Shown here piece after piece: positions 39,973 to 49,320 of a stretch of DNA of 64,000 bases. Within the stretch, counting starts at the first letter, position 1. Each line of letters begins with the position of its first letter. A program made the position numbers and the translations under genes. The stretch spans positions 16,165 through 80,164 of the forward strand of contig JAIRWH010000068.1 in the NCBI GenBank assembly GCA_031253545.1. The letters run 5' to 3'. The DNA is from Oscillospiraceae bacterium. GTDB lineage: Bacteria; Bacillota; Clostridia; Oscillospirales; UBA929. Below the pieces are notes generated by a model. The model was not told the origin of the DNA, searched no databases, and was given only the letters and a program-made list of their open reading frames with translations.

Positions 39973-41180
39973 TTACGGAAATACCCGGCGGCGTGTGCGC
40001 CGCGCAAGGCTTCCGCGCTTCCGGCATACACGCCGGCCTGAAGAAAAACCCCGAAAAGCCCGACTTGGCGCTCATTGCCGCCGATTGCCCGTGCGCCGCC
40101 GCCGCCGTGTATACGCAAAACCTCGCGGCGGCCACCCCGCTCGCGCTCACGCGGCGGCATCTGTCCGGCGGCTTTGCCCGCGCCGCCCTTGTAAACAGCG
40201 GCAACGCCAACGCCTGGGCGGAGGATTCGCTCGCCAACGCCGAGCGCTGCTGCCGCGCGCTTGCCGCCGAGATGGGTATCGGCGAAAACGAGATAATCGT
40301 CAATTCCACGGGGGTTATCGGCCGCCGCCTGCCTGTGGAAATAATCGAGGCCGCCATGCCCGCCTTGGTGCAAAACCTTGCCGCAAGCCCCGCGGCGAGC
40401 CTTGCCGCCGCCGCCGCGATTATGACCACCGACACAAAACCAAAAGAGGCGGCCGTGGGCTTTGAGCTTTCGGGCAAACCCGTGCGCCTTGGGGCGATTG
40501 CCAAAGGCAGCGGTATGCTGCACCCCAACATGGCCACGATGATTGCCCTGCTCACCACAGACTGCGCCATAGAACCCGCGCTTTTGCGAAAGGCGCTGGG
40601 CGAGAGCGCGAGGCTTTCGTATAACCGCGTGTCCGTGGACGGCGACACGTCCACCAACGATATGTGCGCCGTATTGGCAAGCGGCCTCGCCGGCAACCGC
40701 GCCATTGCCGGCCCCGGCGAAGACTACGGGAACTTCCTTGACGCGATGAACCGCGTGAACCTCAAGCTCGCCCGCCTCATAGCCGCCGACGGCGAAGGCG
40801 CCACAAAGCTCATTACCTGCCGCGTGGAAGGCGCGAACAGCAGGGAGGACGCGGAGGCGCTCAGCCGCGCCGTGGTGGCCTCCGCCCTTGTCAAGGCCGC
40901 CATGTTCGGCGCGGATGCCAACTGGGGGCGTGTGCTGTGCGCTATGGGTTACAGCGGCGCGCCGTTCGACCCTTCGCGGGTGGGCATCGCCTTTTCCGAC
41001 TTGAAGGTGTGCGAGGGCGGCATGGGTTTGGACTTTGACGAAGACGCGGCGAAGAAACTGTTGAGCGGCAAAGAGGTGTATATCAACATCACGGCGGGCG
41101 GCGGGCCGGGCGAGGCCGAAGCCTACGGCTGCGACCTTACATACGACTATGTGAGGATAAACGGGGATTACAGGTCATGA
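39969..41180 (+). CDS. argJ: bifunctional ornithine acetyltransferase/N-acetylglutamate synthase
   Basis: Track ORF trimmed to MITEIPGGVCAAQGFRASG (ATGA overlap with argC). GMLHPNMATMIALLTTD autoprocessing site. Confidence 0.9.
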   Translation: MITEIPGGVCAAQGFRASGIHAGLKKNPEKPDLALIAADCPCAAAAVYTQNLAAATPLALTRRHLSGGFARAALVNSGNANAWAEDSLANAERCCRALAAEMGIGENEIIVNSTGVIGRRLPVEIIEAAMPALVQNLAASPAASLAAAAAIMTTDTKPKEAAVGFELSGKPVRLGAIAKGSGMLHPNMATMIALLTTDCAIEPALLRKALGESARLSYNRVSVDGDTSTNDMCAVLASGLAGNRAIAGPGEDYGNFLDAMNRVNLKLARLIAADGEGATKLITCRVEGANSREDAEALSRAVVASALVKAAMFGADANWGRVLCAMGYSGAPFDPSRVGIAFSDLKVCEGGMGLDFDEDAAKKLLSGKEVYINITAGGGPGEAEAYGCDLTYDYVRINGDYRS

Positions 41181-42031
41181 CCACCGCCGAGAGAGCCGAT
41201 GTGCTCAGCGAGGCGCTGCCGTATATCCGCCGGTTTTACAAAAAGACCGTGATTGTCAAATACGGCGGCAGCGCCATGCAAGACGGGGAAATCCGCCGCG
41301 ACGCCATAAGCGATATAGTGCTGCTCTCGCTTGTGGGCGTGCGCGTGGTGGTGGTACACGGCGGGGGGCCGGAAATCAACGCCGCGCTGCGCCGCATGGG
41401 CATTGAGCCGCGCTTTGCGGACGGCTTGCGCTACACGGACGAGGAGACTATGGACGTGGTGCAGATGGTGCTCTGCGGCAAGACGGGCAAAGACTTGGCG
41501 GGGCTTATATCCTCCATGGGCGGCAAAGCCGTGAGCCTCTCCGGGTTAGACGGCTCCATGCTCATGGCAAAGCGCCTCGGTCCGGGCGATTACGGCCTTG
41601 TGGGCGAAATTACGGCCGTGGACACCGCCCCCATTGACATGGCGCTCGACAACGGCTATATACCCGTGGTGTCCACTGTAGCGCAAGGCGCGGACGGCGC
41701 GGCGGCCTACAACATCAACGCCGACACCGCCGCCGCCGAGCTTGCCGCCGCCCTCGGCGCGGAGAAGCTCATATTGCTCACGGACGTGCGCGGGCTTTGC
41801 GCCGACCCGGACGACGACACCACGCTTTTGCGGCAAGTTTCCATAGGCGATATTCCCGGGCTTGTGAAAAACGGCGTGGTGCGCGGCGGTATGCTCCCGA
41901 AGATTGACTGCTGTGTGCATGCCGTGCGGCGCGGGGTCAAGCGGGTACACATACTCGACGGCAGAATCCCCCACGCCATACTCATAGAAATGCTCACCGA
42001 CGCGGGTATCGGCACGATGATACTGCCCTGA
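41177..42031 (+). CDS. argB: acetylglutamate kinase
   Basis: VIVKYGGSAM, VVVHGGGPEIN and NINADTAAAELA motifs. Confidence 0.95.
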   Translation: MTTAERADVLSEALPYIRRFYKKTVIVKYGGSAMQDGEIRRDAISDIVLLSLVGVRVVVVHGGGPEINAALRRMGIEPRFADGLRYTDEETMDVVQMVLCGKTGKDLAGLISSMGGKAVSLSGLDGSMLMAKRLGPGDYGLVGEITAVDTAPIDMALDNGYIPVVSTVAQGADGAAAYNINADTAAAELAAALGAEKLILLTDVRGLCADPDDDTTLLRQVSIGDIPGLVKNGVVRGGMLPKIDCCVHAVRRGVKRVHILDGRIPHAILIEMLTDAGIGTMILP

Positions 42032-42059
42032 CGCGGCGGGTGAAAGGAAGTAGGTAAAT

Positions 42060-43196
42060 ATGACAGGCGGTTATATTCTGCCCACCTACGCGCGTTACGA
42101 CGTATGCTTTACGCGCGGCGAGGGCGCGAGGCTCTACGACGAGGGCGGCAGGGAATATATTGACTTCGCCTCCGGCATAGGGGTCAATTCCGTGGGCCAC
42201 GCCCACGCGGCTTGGGTGAGCGCCGTGAGCGCCCAAGCCGCCGCGCTTGCCCATGTGAGCAACCTTTACCTGACACGCCCGGGAGCCGTGCTGGCCGAGC
42301 GGCTGTGCGCCTTGGCGGGGTTGGAGGCGGTGTTCTTCGCCAACAGCGGCGCGGAAGCCAACGAGGGCATGGTCAAGTGCGCCCGCAAATACGGCGCGGG
42401 AAAGCGGGAGGGCAGAAACGTAATCGTGGCGCTGGAAAACTCGTTTCACGGCAGGACGGTTACCACCCTTGCCGCCACGGGGCAGGAAGCCTTCCACCGC
42501 CACTTCCACCCGTTCACGCCCGGTTTCCGCCATGTGCCCCTTGGCGACATAAACGCGCTTGCCGCGCAGCCGGACGACGTGTGCGCCGTGCTGCTCGAAT
42601 TGGTGCAGGGCGAGGGCGGCGTGATAGAGGCCGACCGCGGCTACGCGCGCGCCGTGGCGCGCCTGTGCGCGGAAAGGGACTGGCTGCTTTGCGTGGACGA
42701 GGTGCAGACGGGCATAGGGCGCTGCGGGGCGTGGTTTGCCTTTCAGCTGTACGGCATTGCGCCGGACATCGTGTCGTTTGCCAAGGGCATAGCCGGCGGC
42801 CTGCCGCTGGGCGGCTTCATCTGCGGCAAGAAAACCGCCGCCACGCTCGAAAAGGGCGACCACGCCTCCACGTTTGGCATGAACCCCGTTTGCTGCGCCG
42901 CCGCGAACGCCGTGCTGGACATCCTCGCCCCGGTGTTGCCGGATGTGCCCCGCAAGGGCGAATACATCAAAAGCAAGCTGTCCGCCATGGGTCTGTCTCC
43001 GCGCGGCCTCGGCCTCATGCTCGCGGCAAAGGCGGAAAACCCCAAGGAAACGGCGGCAAGGCTCTTAGAACGCGGGCTTGCCGTGCTCACGGCGGGCAAA
43101 GACGCGTTGCGTTTCCTCCCGCCGCTGACAATAGAATACAACGAAATAGACAAGGGGCTTGACATACTGCGTGAAACGCTTGCCGAAACTCGCTGA
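42060..43196 (+). CDS. argD: acetylornithine aminotransferase
   Basis: Class-III aminotransferase: NSGAEANEG, DEVQTGIGRCG and SFAKGIAGG (PLP Lys). Confidence 0.9.
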   Translation: MTGGYILPTYARYDVCFTRGEGARLYDEGGREYIDFASGIGVNSVGHAHAAWVSAVSAQAAALAHVSNLYLTRPGAVLAERLCALAGLEAVFFANSGAEANEGMVKCARKYGAGKREGRNVIVALENSFHGRTVTTLAATGQEAFHRHFHPFTPGFRHVPLGDINALAAQPDDVCAVLLELVQGEGGVIEADRGYARAVARLCAERDWLLCVDEVQTGIGRCGAWFAFQLYGIAPDIVSFAKGIAGGLPLGGFICGKKTAATLEKGDHASTFGMNPVCCAAANAVLDILAPVLPDVPRKGEYIKSKLSAMGLSPRGLGLMLAAKAENPKETAARLLERGLAVLTAGKDALRFLPPLTIEYNEIDKGLDILRETLAETR

Positions 43197-43200
43197 CCTC

Positions 43201-43430
43201 CAACCGAGCGTCATCCCGGCGGCAAATTGCGTAAAGACCGCGCCGGGAAGTTTCCGTTTCCGACCCGCCCGCCCGCCCGGCTGACGGGCGAGGGCTGCCG
43301 CCCCCGCACCCCCGCGCCCCGCCGCTCTCGCCCGCCGGCCCCGGCAAAGCGTCATCCCGGCGGCAAACTGCGTAAAGGCCGCGCCGGAGAGGAAACAAGG
43401 AAACCCCCGCCGATATTTTCCAAAGCGCAG
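43201..43430. repeat. repeat-element insertion between argD and argF (two 40-nt direct repeats flanking the family GC-rich core)
   Basis: agcgtcatcccggcggcaaaYtgcgtaaagRccgcgccgg occurs at 43207-43246 and 43348-43387. The core cccgcccgcccgcccggctgacgggcgagggctgccgcccccgcacccccgcg lies between them and shares 29 identical nt with 11885-11913. Confidence 0.8.
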
Positions 43431-43465
43431 GAACACAACGAAACAGACAAGGGGCTTGATACCGC

Positions 43466-44377
43466 ATGAAACACTTACTGAAACTCGCCGACCTCGGCAA
43501 AGCCGACATACTGCGAATACTCAACCTCGCCGACCAGCTCAAATACAACCAAAAGCACGGCTTCGGCCAAAGCGGGTTGCGCGGCAAAACGCTCGTTATG
43601 CTGTTCAACAAATCCTCCACGCGCACGCGGGTGTCGTTCGAGACGGGCATGTATCAGCTCGGCGGCCACGCCGTGTTCCTCACGGGGGCGGACAGCCAGA
43701 TAGGGCGCGGCGAGAGCGCGGCGGACACCGCCCGTGTGCTCTCGCGCTACGCGGACGGCATTATGGTGCGCACATACGGCCAAGACGAGGTGGAGCAGCT
43801 CGCGCTGCACTCGTCCGTGCCCGTCATCAACGGGCTGACCGATTACGCCCACCCCTGCCAGGTCTTGGCCGACCTCATGACCATACGCGAGCACCTCACC
43901 GTGTTAGACGGGTTGAAAGCCTGCTTTATCGGCGACGGCAACAACGTGTGCAATTCGCTCATCGTGGGCGCGGCCGCCTGCGGCATGACGGTCACGGCCG
44001 CCTGCCCGGAAGGCCACGAGCCCCACCCGGATGCCGTGGCCGCGGCGGGCGCGGCCTTCACGCTCACGCGCTCCCCGCGGCAAGCCGCCCGCGACGCGGA
44101 CGTGGTGTTTACCGACGTGTGGGCGAGCATGGGGCAGGAAGGGGAAGCGGCGGCAAGAGCCGAGGCTTTCAAGGGCTTTCAGGTAAACGCCGAGCTTATG
44201 GCCTTGGCCAAGCCCGGCGCCATCGTGCAGCATTGCCTCCCGGCGCATAAGGGCGAAGAGATTACCGAGGAGGTTTTCGAGGCCCACGCGCGCGAGATTT
44301 TCGACGAGGCGGAAAACCGGCTCCACGCGCAAAAGGCCGTGATGCTGCTGCTCATGGGCGACGGCGCGGGCGCGTAA
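43466..44377 (+). CDS. argF: ornithine carbamoyltransferase
   Basis: MKHLLKLADLGKADI start, STRTRVSFE, HPCQ and HCLPA motifs. Confidence 0.95.
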   Translation: MKHLLKLADLGKADILRILNLADQLKYNQKHGFGQSGLRGKTLVMLFNKSSTRTRVSFETGMYQLGGHAVFLTGADSQIGRGESAADTARVLSRYADGIMVRTYGQDEVEQLALHSSVPVINGLTDYAHPCQVLADLMTIREHLTVLDGLKACFIGDGNNVCNSLIVGAAACGMTVTAACPEGHEPHPDAVAAAGAAFTLTRSPRQAARDADVVFTDVWASMGQEGEAAARAEAFKGFQVNAELMALAKPGAIVQHCLPAHKGEEITEEVFEAHAREIFDEAENRLHAQKAVMLLLMGDGAGA

Positions 44378-44404
44378 TATAATAATGGGCGTGGTGATAC
44401 TGCA

Positions 44405-44923
44405 ATGGCTCGCTACGGCTTTACGGGCTCGAAAGAGCACTCCAAGCTCCTGATACTCCACATACTGCGCCTTTTTGACGGAACGGCGACCCGCCGCTTG
44501 CTCGAAGAGCTGTTTATGCTCGACGACAACGCGGATTATTTCGTCTTTTCCGAGGCTTGCGCGGAGCTGCTTACCGACAAATTGCTCACGAAGGGCGAAA
44601 GCGGCGAATTGCTCGCCTCGGAGACCGGTCTTGCCAAAGCCGCGCTCTTGGAGACGGGGCTTTCGGTGTCGCTACGCAGGGCCACGGCGGAAAAAGCGGC
44701 GCCGTATTTAGAGCGGGCGCGCCGCCAAAGAAGTGTGGGAGGCGAGGCATACACCGACGAACACGGGCAAGTATACGCCTGCCTGCGCCTGTCGGATTCC
44801 AAGGGTCTGCTCGCGGAGCTGCGCCTTGCGGCGGGCGACCGAACCCAAGCCGAGGCTGTAATCGCCCGGTGGCAAAGCGCGGCGGAGGAATTGTATTTAT
44901 TGCTCTTGGAGCGTTTGACCTAA
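44405..44923 (+). CDS. hypothetical protein (possibly DUF4364 family)
   Basis: 172 aa. N-terminal SKLLILHILRLFDG looks like a winged-helix/PadR-like start. Family assignment from memory only. Confidence 0.35.
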   Translation: MARYGFTGSKEHSKLLILHILRLFDGTATRRLLEELFMLDDNADYFVFSEACAELLTDKLLTKGESGELLASETGLAKAALLETGLSVSLRRATAEKAAPYLERARRQRSVGGEAYTDEHGQVYACLRLSDSKGLLAELRLAAGDRTQAEAVIARWQSAAEELYLLLLERLT

Positions 44924-45409
44924 AGCGCGCATCCGCCTTAACCCTTCTTGCTCTAATTCCAAAAGCGCCCGCTTCATCTCCAATCCGCCGCCGTAGCCCG
45001 TGAGCGCGCCGTTGCCGCCGATGACCCTATGGCACGGCACGGCGAGCCACAGCGGGTTATTGCGGCAGGCTTGCCCCGCCGCCCTGCGCGCGCGCGGGCT
45101 GCCCGCCGAGGCGGCAATCTGCGCGTAGGTGCGGGTTTGCCCGTAGGGTATATCGAGCAGCGCCGCCCGGACTTTCATTTGGAAGGCTGTGCCTTGCGGG
45201 CGCATGGGAAAATCAAACGCGCTTCGCGTGAGGGCGAAATATTCCCGTATCTGCGCGGCGGCGCTGTCGGACACGGCGGAGCGGCGGTCTTCGCCCGGCG
45301 GAGCGGCGGCGAGCTTTATGCCCGCGACGGCGCCGCCGTCGTGCGTGACGATGAGATAGCCGTGCCCGAAAGGGTAACAGGCGGTCGCGCTCGCGGAAGT
45401 CTTTTCCAT
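44897..45409 (-). CDS. ogt: methylated-DNA--protein-cysteine methyltransferase
   Basis: PCHRVIG active-site motif and IPYGQTRTYAQIA helix. Confidence 0.9.
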   Translation of the reverse strand: MEKTSASATACYPFGHGYLIVTHDGGAVAGIKLAAAPPGEDRRSAVSDSAAAQIREYFALTRSAFDFPMRPQGTAFQMKVRAALLDIPYGQTRTYAQIAASAGSPRARRAAGQACRNNPLWLAVPCHRVIGGNGALTGYGGGLEMKRALLELEQEGLRRMRALGQTLQEQ

Positions 45410-45413
45410 AGCG

Positions 45414-48400
45414 CTACTTTAAGGCTACGTTTTCTTCGCCGACTAAGGCGCGAAGCTCCGTGAGCAACGCGTCGTTCACCCCGCATAAACCGCCGAGGCG
45501 TTTTTTGACGGCGGTAAAGCACACCACCACAGGCGAAGTGCCGGGAAACATTTCCAGCACGGCGAGCACGCGGCGGAGCAGCGGTGAGGTATCCGCGGGC
45601 AGGCGCACGTATAGGGTGCCCACCGGCTCGGCGGGGGAACTTCCGCCGTCCGGCGACAGCTCTCTCAGCGGGCGCAGGGTGTCCACGAGCAACTGCGGCG
45701 GTTTGTCGTCGCGCACGCTGAGTTTACCCGTGACGAGCACCACGTTATCGTCTCTGATAAGTTGCCCGGCTTGCGTGACGATTTTGGGAAACAGCAGCAG
45801 CTCGATGGCCCCGGTCTTGTCCTCAAGGGTGGCGTAAGCCATGAGCGCGCCGTTTTTGGTGGCTTTGGTCTTTACCGCGGTGAGGAAGCCGGCGACTTTG
45901 GCGCTCGCGCCGTCTTCGTGGCGCTCGCCTCCCTCAAGATAGGCGCGCGCGGGCAGCGCGCGCGCGATGTGCAGCTCCCGGACATAGGGGTCTAGGGGAT
46001 GCCCGGAGAGGTACAGCCCCGTGACCTCGCGCTCAAAGGCAAGTATATCCGCAAGCGCCAGCTCCGGCAGGGCGGGCCATTGGGTATGCGGGAGGTTCAG
46101 CTCGCCGGAAAACATGGACGACTGGCCGTCTAAACCCCGGCGGCGCTCGGCGGCTATGTCGTCTATAAACAGCTCGAATGTGGCGAGCAGCTGCGCGCGG
46201 TTTTTGCCCAAACTGCCGAAAGCGCCGCACTTGATGAGGCTCTCCGCGGCTTTTTTGTTTAGGTCGCGGCTGTACATACGCGAAACGAAGTCCTCAAACG
46301 AGGCGAACGCCCCTCCCTGCTCGCGTTCACGCACAAGCTCATCAATAAAGCGCCTTCCCACGTGCTTCACGGCCGCGAGACCGAAGCGTATGCCGCCCTC
46401 GCCGATGGCGAATTCCGCGCCGGAGGCGTTGATGTCGGGCGGGGCTACGGCGATGCCCATATCAAGGCACTCGGCGATGTAATACTGCACCATGTTTTGC
46501 TGGTCGAGCACGGACGAGAGCAGGGCCGCCATATATTCGCGCGGGTAATGGCACTTGAGGTAGGCCGTGCGGAAAGCCACCACGGCGTAAGCTATGGCGT
46601 GAGCTTTGTTGAAGCCGTAATCGGCAAACTCCATTATTTCGTCAAACACGGTTTGCGCCGCCGCGCCGTCTATGCCCCTCTCGGCGCAACCGCGCAGAAA
46701 CGCCTCTTTTTCGCCCGCCAGGGCGTCGTATTTCTTCTTGCTCATGGCGCGGCGCACAAGGTCGGCGTGACCCGTGGAAAACCCCGCGAGGCGTTTTAAC
46801 ACTTCCAGCACGTGTTCTTGATAGACCATGCAGCCGTATGTGGCGGCAAGGATGGGTTCAAGCAGCGGGTGGGTGTAGGTGATGGCGGCGGGGTTGCGTT
46901 TTCCGGCGATGAAGCGGGGTATCTGCGCCATTGGGCCGGGACGGTAGAGGGCGATGACGGCGCCGATGTCTTCTATGGATTGCGGCTTGAATTGTACGCA
47001 CACGCTTGTCATGCCTTGACTTTCCAGCTGAAAGACACCCACCGTTTTGCCCTCGGCGAGCATGGCGAATGTGGCTTCGTCGCCGTCGGGTATGCCGCCA
47101 TACGAGGGGTTTGTTTTCTTCACAAGCTCGGCGGCCTCGTGGATAACCGTGAGGTTGCGAAGGCCGAGGAAGTCTATTTTAAGCAAACCGAGGCTTTCCA
47201 GCGTGTCTTTCGGGAATTGCGTCACGATGCTCTCGTCGTTGCGCGCGAGGGGCACGAAGTCGCTGACCTCGCCGGCCGTGATGACCACGCCCGCCGCGTG
47301 GGTGGTGGCGTTGCGCGGCATGCCCTCCAGGGCGAGCGCCGTGTTGAGCAGTTCCCTCACGCGCTCGTCTTCGTCGCGCATTTGGCGCAACGCGGGCGAT
47401 TCGACCAGGGCGCGGCCGATGGTCATGGTGGGTGAGAAAGGTATGGTTTTTGATACCGCGTCCGTCTCCGCGTAGGTGTAGCCCAAGGCGCGGCCCACGT
47501 CTTTCACGGCGGCCCGCGCCTTCAATGTGCCGAAGGCTATGACTTGCGCCACATGGTCTTTGCCGTGCTTCTCGATTACATAGTCCATGACTTCCGCGCG
47601 CCGTTTCACGCAGAAGTCTATGTCAATGTCGGGCATACTCACGCGTTCGGGGTTGAGGAAGCGCTCGAAGTAAAGCCCGTAGCGCACGGGGTCTATGTCG
47701 GTAATGCCCAAGCAGTAGCTCACAATGCTGCCCGGGGCGCTGCCGCGCCCGGTGCCGACGGGTATGCCCCGGTTGCGGGCGAAGGCGATGAAGTCGCCCA
47801 CGATGAGGAAGTATTCCACAAAGCCCATGCGGGCAATCATGTCAAGCTCGTCCGCAAGCCGCCGCGCGTATTCCCCGCCGCCGTCCGGGTAGCGTTCGCG
47901 CAGCCCTTTTTCGCAGAGTTTGGCGAGATAGGCCTTCGCGTCCGGCTCGTTGGGCGGGAGCGTGAAGGAGGGCAGGCGGTAGCGGTTAAACTCGTATTCG
48001 AAGTCGCAGCGCTCGGCGATTTTTACCGTGTTGTCTATGGCCTCGGGCGGAAAAAGCGCGCGCATTTCGCTCTCGCTTTTTATGTAAAACTCGTCCGAGC
48101 CGAAGCGCATACGCGTGGTGTCGTATACCGTCTTGCCCGTCTGCACGCAGAGCAGCACGTCTTGGTAGCGCGCGTCCTCGCGCATGAGATAATGCGCGTC
48201 GTTGGTGGCGACGACGCCTATATCCATTTGCTTGGCAAGGCGCAACAGATGGTTGCCCACCTTCTTTTGCTCGGGCAGGTTGTGGTCTTGCAACTCCAAG
48301 AAATAATTGGACGAACCGAAAATATCGCGCATTTTGGCGCAAAGCCGTTCGGCGGCGGTAAACTCGTCCGCCAGTATTAGGCGCGCGAGGTGGCCGGACA

Positions 48401-48842
48401 GGCAGGCGGACAGGCAGATAAGCCCCTCGCTGTGGCGTTCCAAAAGGTCATAATCTATGCGCGGGCGCGAATAGAAACCGTCTGTGTAGGCGACGGTCAC
48501 CAATTTCATGAGGTTGCGGTAGCCCTTTTCGTTTTCACAAAGCAAGACGAGATGGTATGGGTCGGAATCGTGCTCGTAGGTTTTGTCGGTGTGGCTCCTG
48601 CGGGCGACATATACCTCGCAACCGATGATGGGTTTGACTCCGGCGGCCTTAGCCGCGCGGTAAAAGTCCACAACGCCGAACATCGCGCCGTGGTCGGTGA
48701 TGGCGCAAGCGCGCTGACCCAGGGCGGCCACCCGCCCAAAAAGCCCCTTGTACGACGAGTGACCGGACGGGTCGTCTATTCTGCACGCGCCGTCGAGCAG
48801 GCTGTATTCCGTGTGGACATGGAGGTGCGCGAAGCCGCTCAC
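45414..48842 (-). CDS. dnaE: DNA polymerase III alpha subunit
   Basis: FAHLHVHTEYSLLDGA PHP domain start. 1142 aa with polymerase core and OB-fold tail. Confidence 0.95.
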   Translation of the reverse strand: MSGFAHLHVHTEYSLLDGACRIDDPSGHSSYKGLFGRVAALGQRACAITDHGAMFGVVDFYRAAKAAGVKPIIGCEVYVARRSHTDKTYEHDSDPYHLVLLCENEKGYRNLMKLVTVAYTDGFYSRPRIDYDLLERHSEGLICLSACLSGHLARLILADEFTAAERLCAKMRDIFGSSNYFLELQDHNLPEQKKVGNHLLRLAKQMDIGVVATNDAHYLMREDARYQDVLLCVQTGKTVYDTTRMRFGSDEFYIKSESEMRALFPPEAIDNTVKIAERCDFEYEFNRYRLPSFTLPPNEPDAKAYLAKLCEKGLRERYPDGGGEYARRLADELDMIARMGFVEYFLIVGDFIAFARNRGIPVGTGRGSAPGSIVSYCLGITDIDPVRYGLYFERFLNPERVSMPDIDIDFCVKRRAEVMDYVIEKHGKDHVAQVIAFGTLKARAAVKDVGRALGYTYAETDAVSKTIPFSPTMTIGRALVESPALRQMRDEDERVRELLNTALALEGMPRNATTHAAGVVITAGEVSDFVPLARNDESIVTQFPKDTLESLGLLKIDFLGLRNLTVIHEAAELVKKTNPSYGGIPDGDEATFAMLAEGKTVGVFQLESQGMTSVCVQFKPQSIEDIGAVIALYRPGPMAQIPRFIAGKRNPAAITYTHPLLEPILAATYGCMVYQEHVLEVLKRLAGFSTGHADLVRRAMSKKKYDALAGEKEAFLRGCAERGIDGAAAQTVFDEIMEFADYGFNKAHAIAYAVVAFRTAYLKCHYPREYMAALLSSVLDQQNMVQYYIAECLDMGIAVAPPDINASGAEFAIGEGGIRFGLAAVKHVGRRFIDELVREREQGGAFASFEDFVSRMYSRDLNKKAAESLIKCGAFGSLGKNRAQLLATFELFIDDIAAERRRGLDGQSSMFSGELNLPHTQWPALPELALADILAFEREVTGLYLSGHPLDPYVRELHIARALPARAYLEGGERHEDGASAKVAGFLTAVKTKATKNGALMAYATLEDKTGAIELLLFPKIVTQAGQLIRDDNVVLVTGKLSVRDDKPPQLLVDTLRPLRELSPDGGSSPAEPVGTLYVRLPADTSPLLRRVLAVLEMFPGTSPVVVCFTAVKKRLGGLCGVNDALLTELRALVGEENVALK

Positions 48843-48869
48843 GGCAAATGTCCCTATCCGACGCGAAAA

Positions 48870-49076
48870 TCAGATGAGGACCTCGTCCGCGTCCTCCTCG
48901 TCGTGGTCGTTGGAATGAGCCGAGAAAAAGACGTGCTTCTTCTCGACGAGGGTCTCCTTGAAGCGTTTGAGGCAAGCCGTGAGCACGTCGAAATACTTGA
49001 CGACCATGAATGTGGCGGCACCGAGGAGCGCGCAGATGAAGACGATGGAGACGACGATTCTGATGATGTTTTTCAT
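48870..49076 (-). CDS. small membrane-anchored protein with acidic C-terminal tail, unknown function
   Basis: Track ORF trimmed to MKNIIRIVVSIVFICALLGAATFMVV... ending HSNDHDEEDADEVLI. AAAGGAG SD upstream of ATG 49076. Confidence 0.45.
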   Translation of the reverse strand: MKNIIRIVVSIVFICALLGAATFMVVKYFDVLTACLKRFKETLVEKKHVFFSAHSNDHDEEDADEVLI

Positions 49077-49320
49077 GTGGCGGTCAGCTCCTTTCGATAG
49101 TGTATCCATTATAACCCGCCGCGAGCCCGTTGGCAAGGGGTGTTTTTACATAGGGCGCGACGGTTGTCGCGCGATGGGCATGGCGGCGGGCGCTCGCCCC
49201 GCCCGGATTGCCTTTTATCGGTTGCTCTTGCGGGCTTGACCGCGGGCGGCGGGATGTGGTATTATTATTTCGCCCCGCGGTTAGGGCGGAGACACAAACT
49301 TATTATACGGAGGTAATGAT

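Noticed and set aside
43227-43469. 80-aa ORF inside the argD-argF insert
   Set aside because: It lies entirely within repeat-element sequence and is Pro/Arg-rich with no SD. Its C-terminus (NETDKGLDTA) is simply the decayed duplicate of the ArgD tail.
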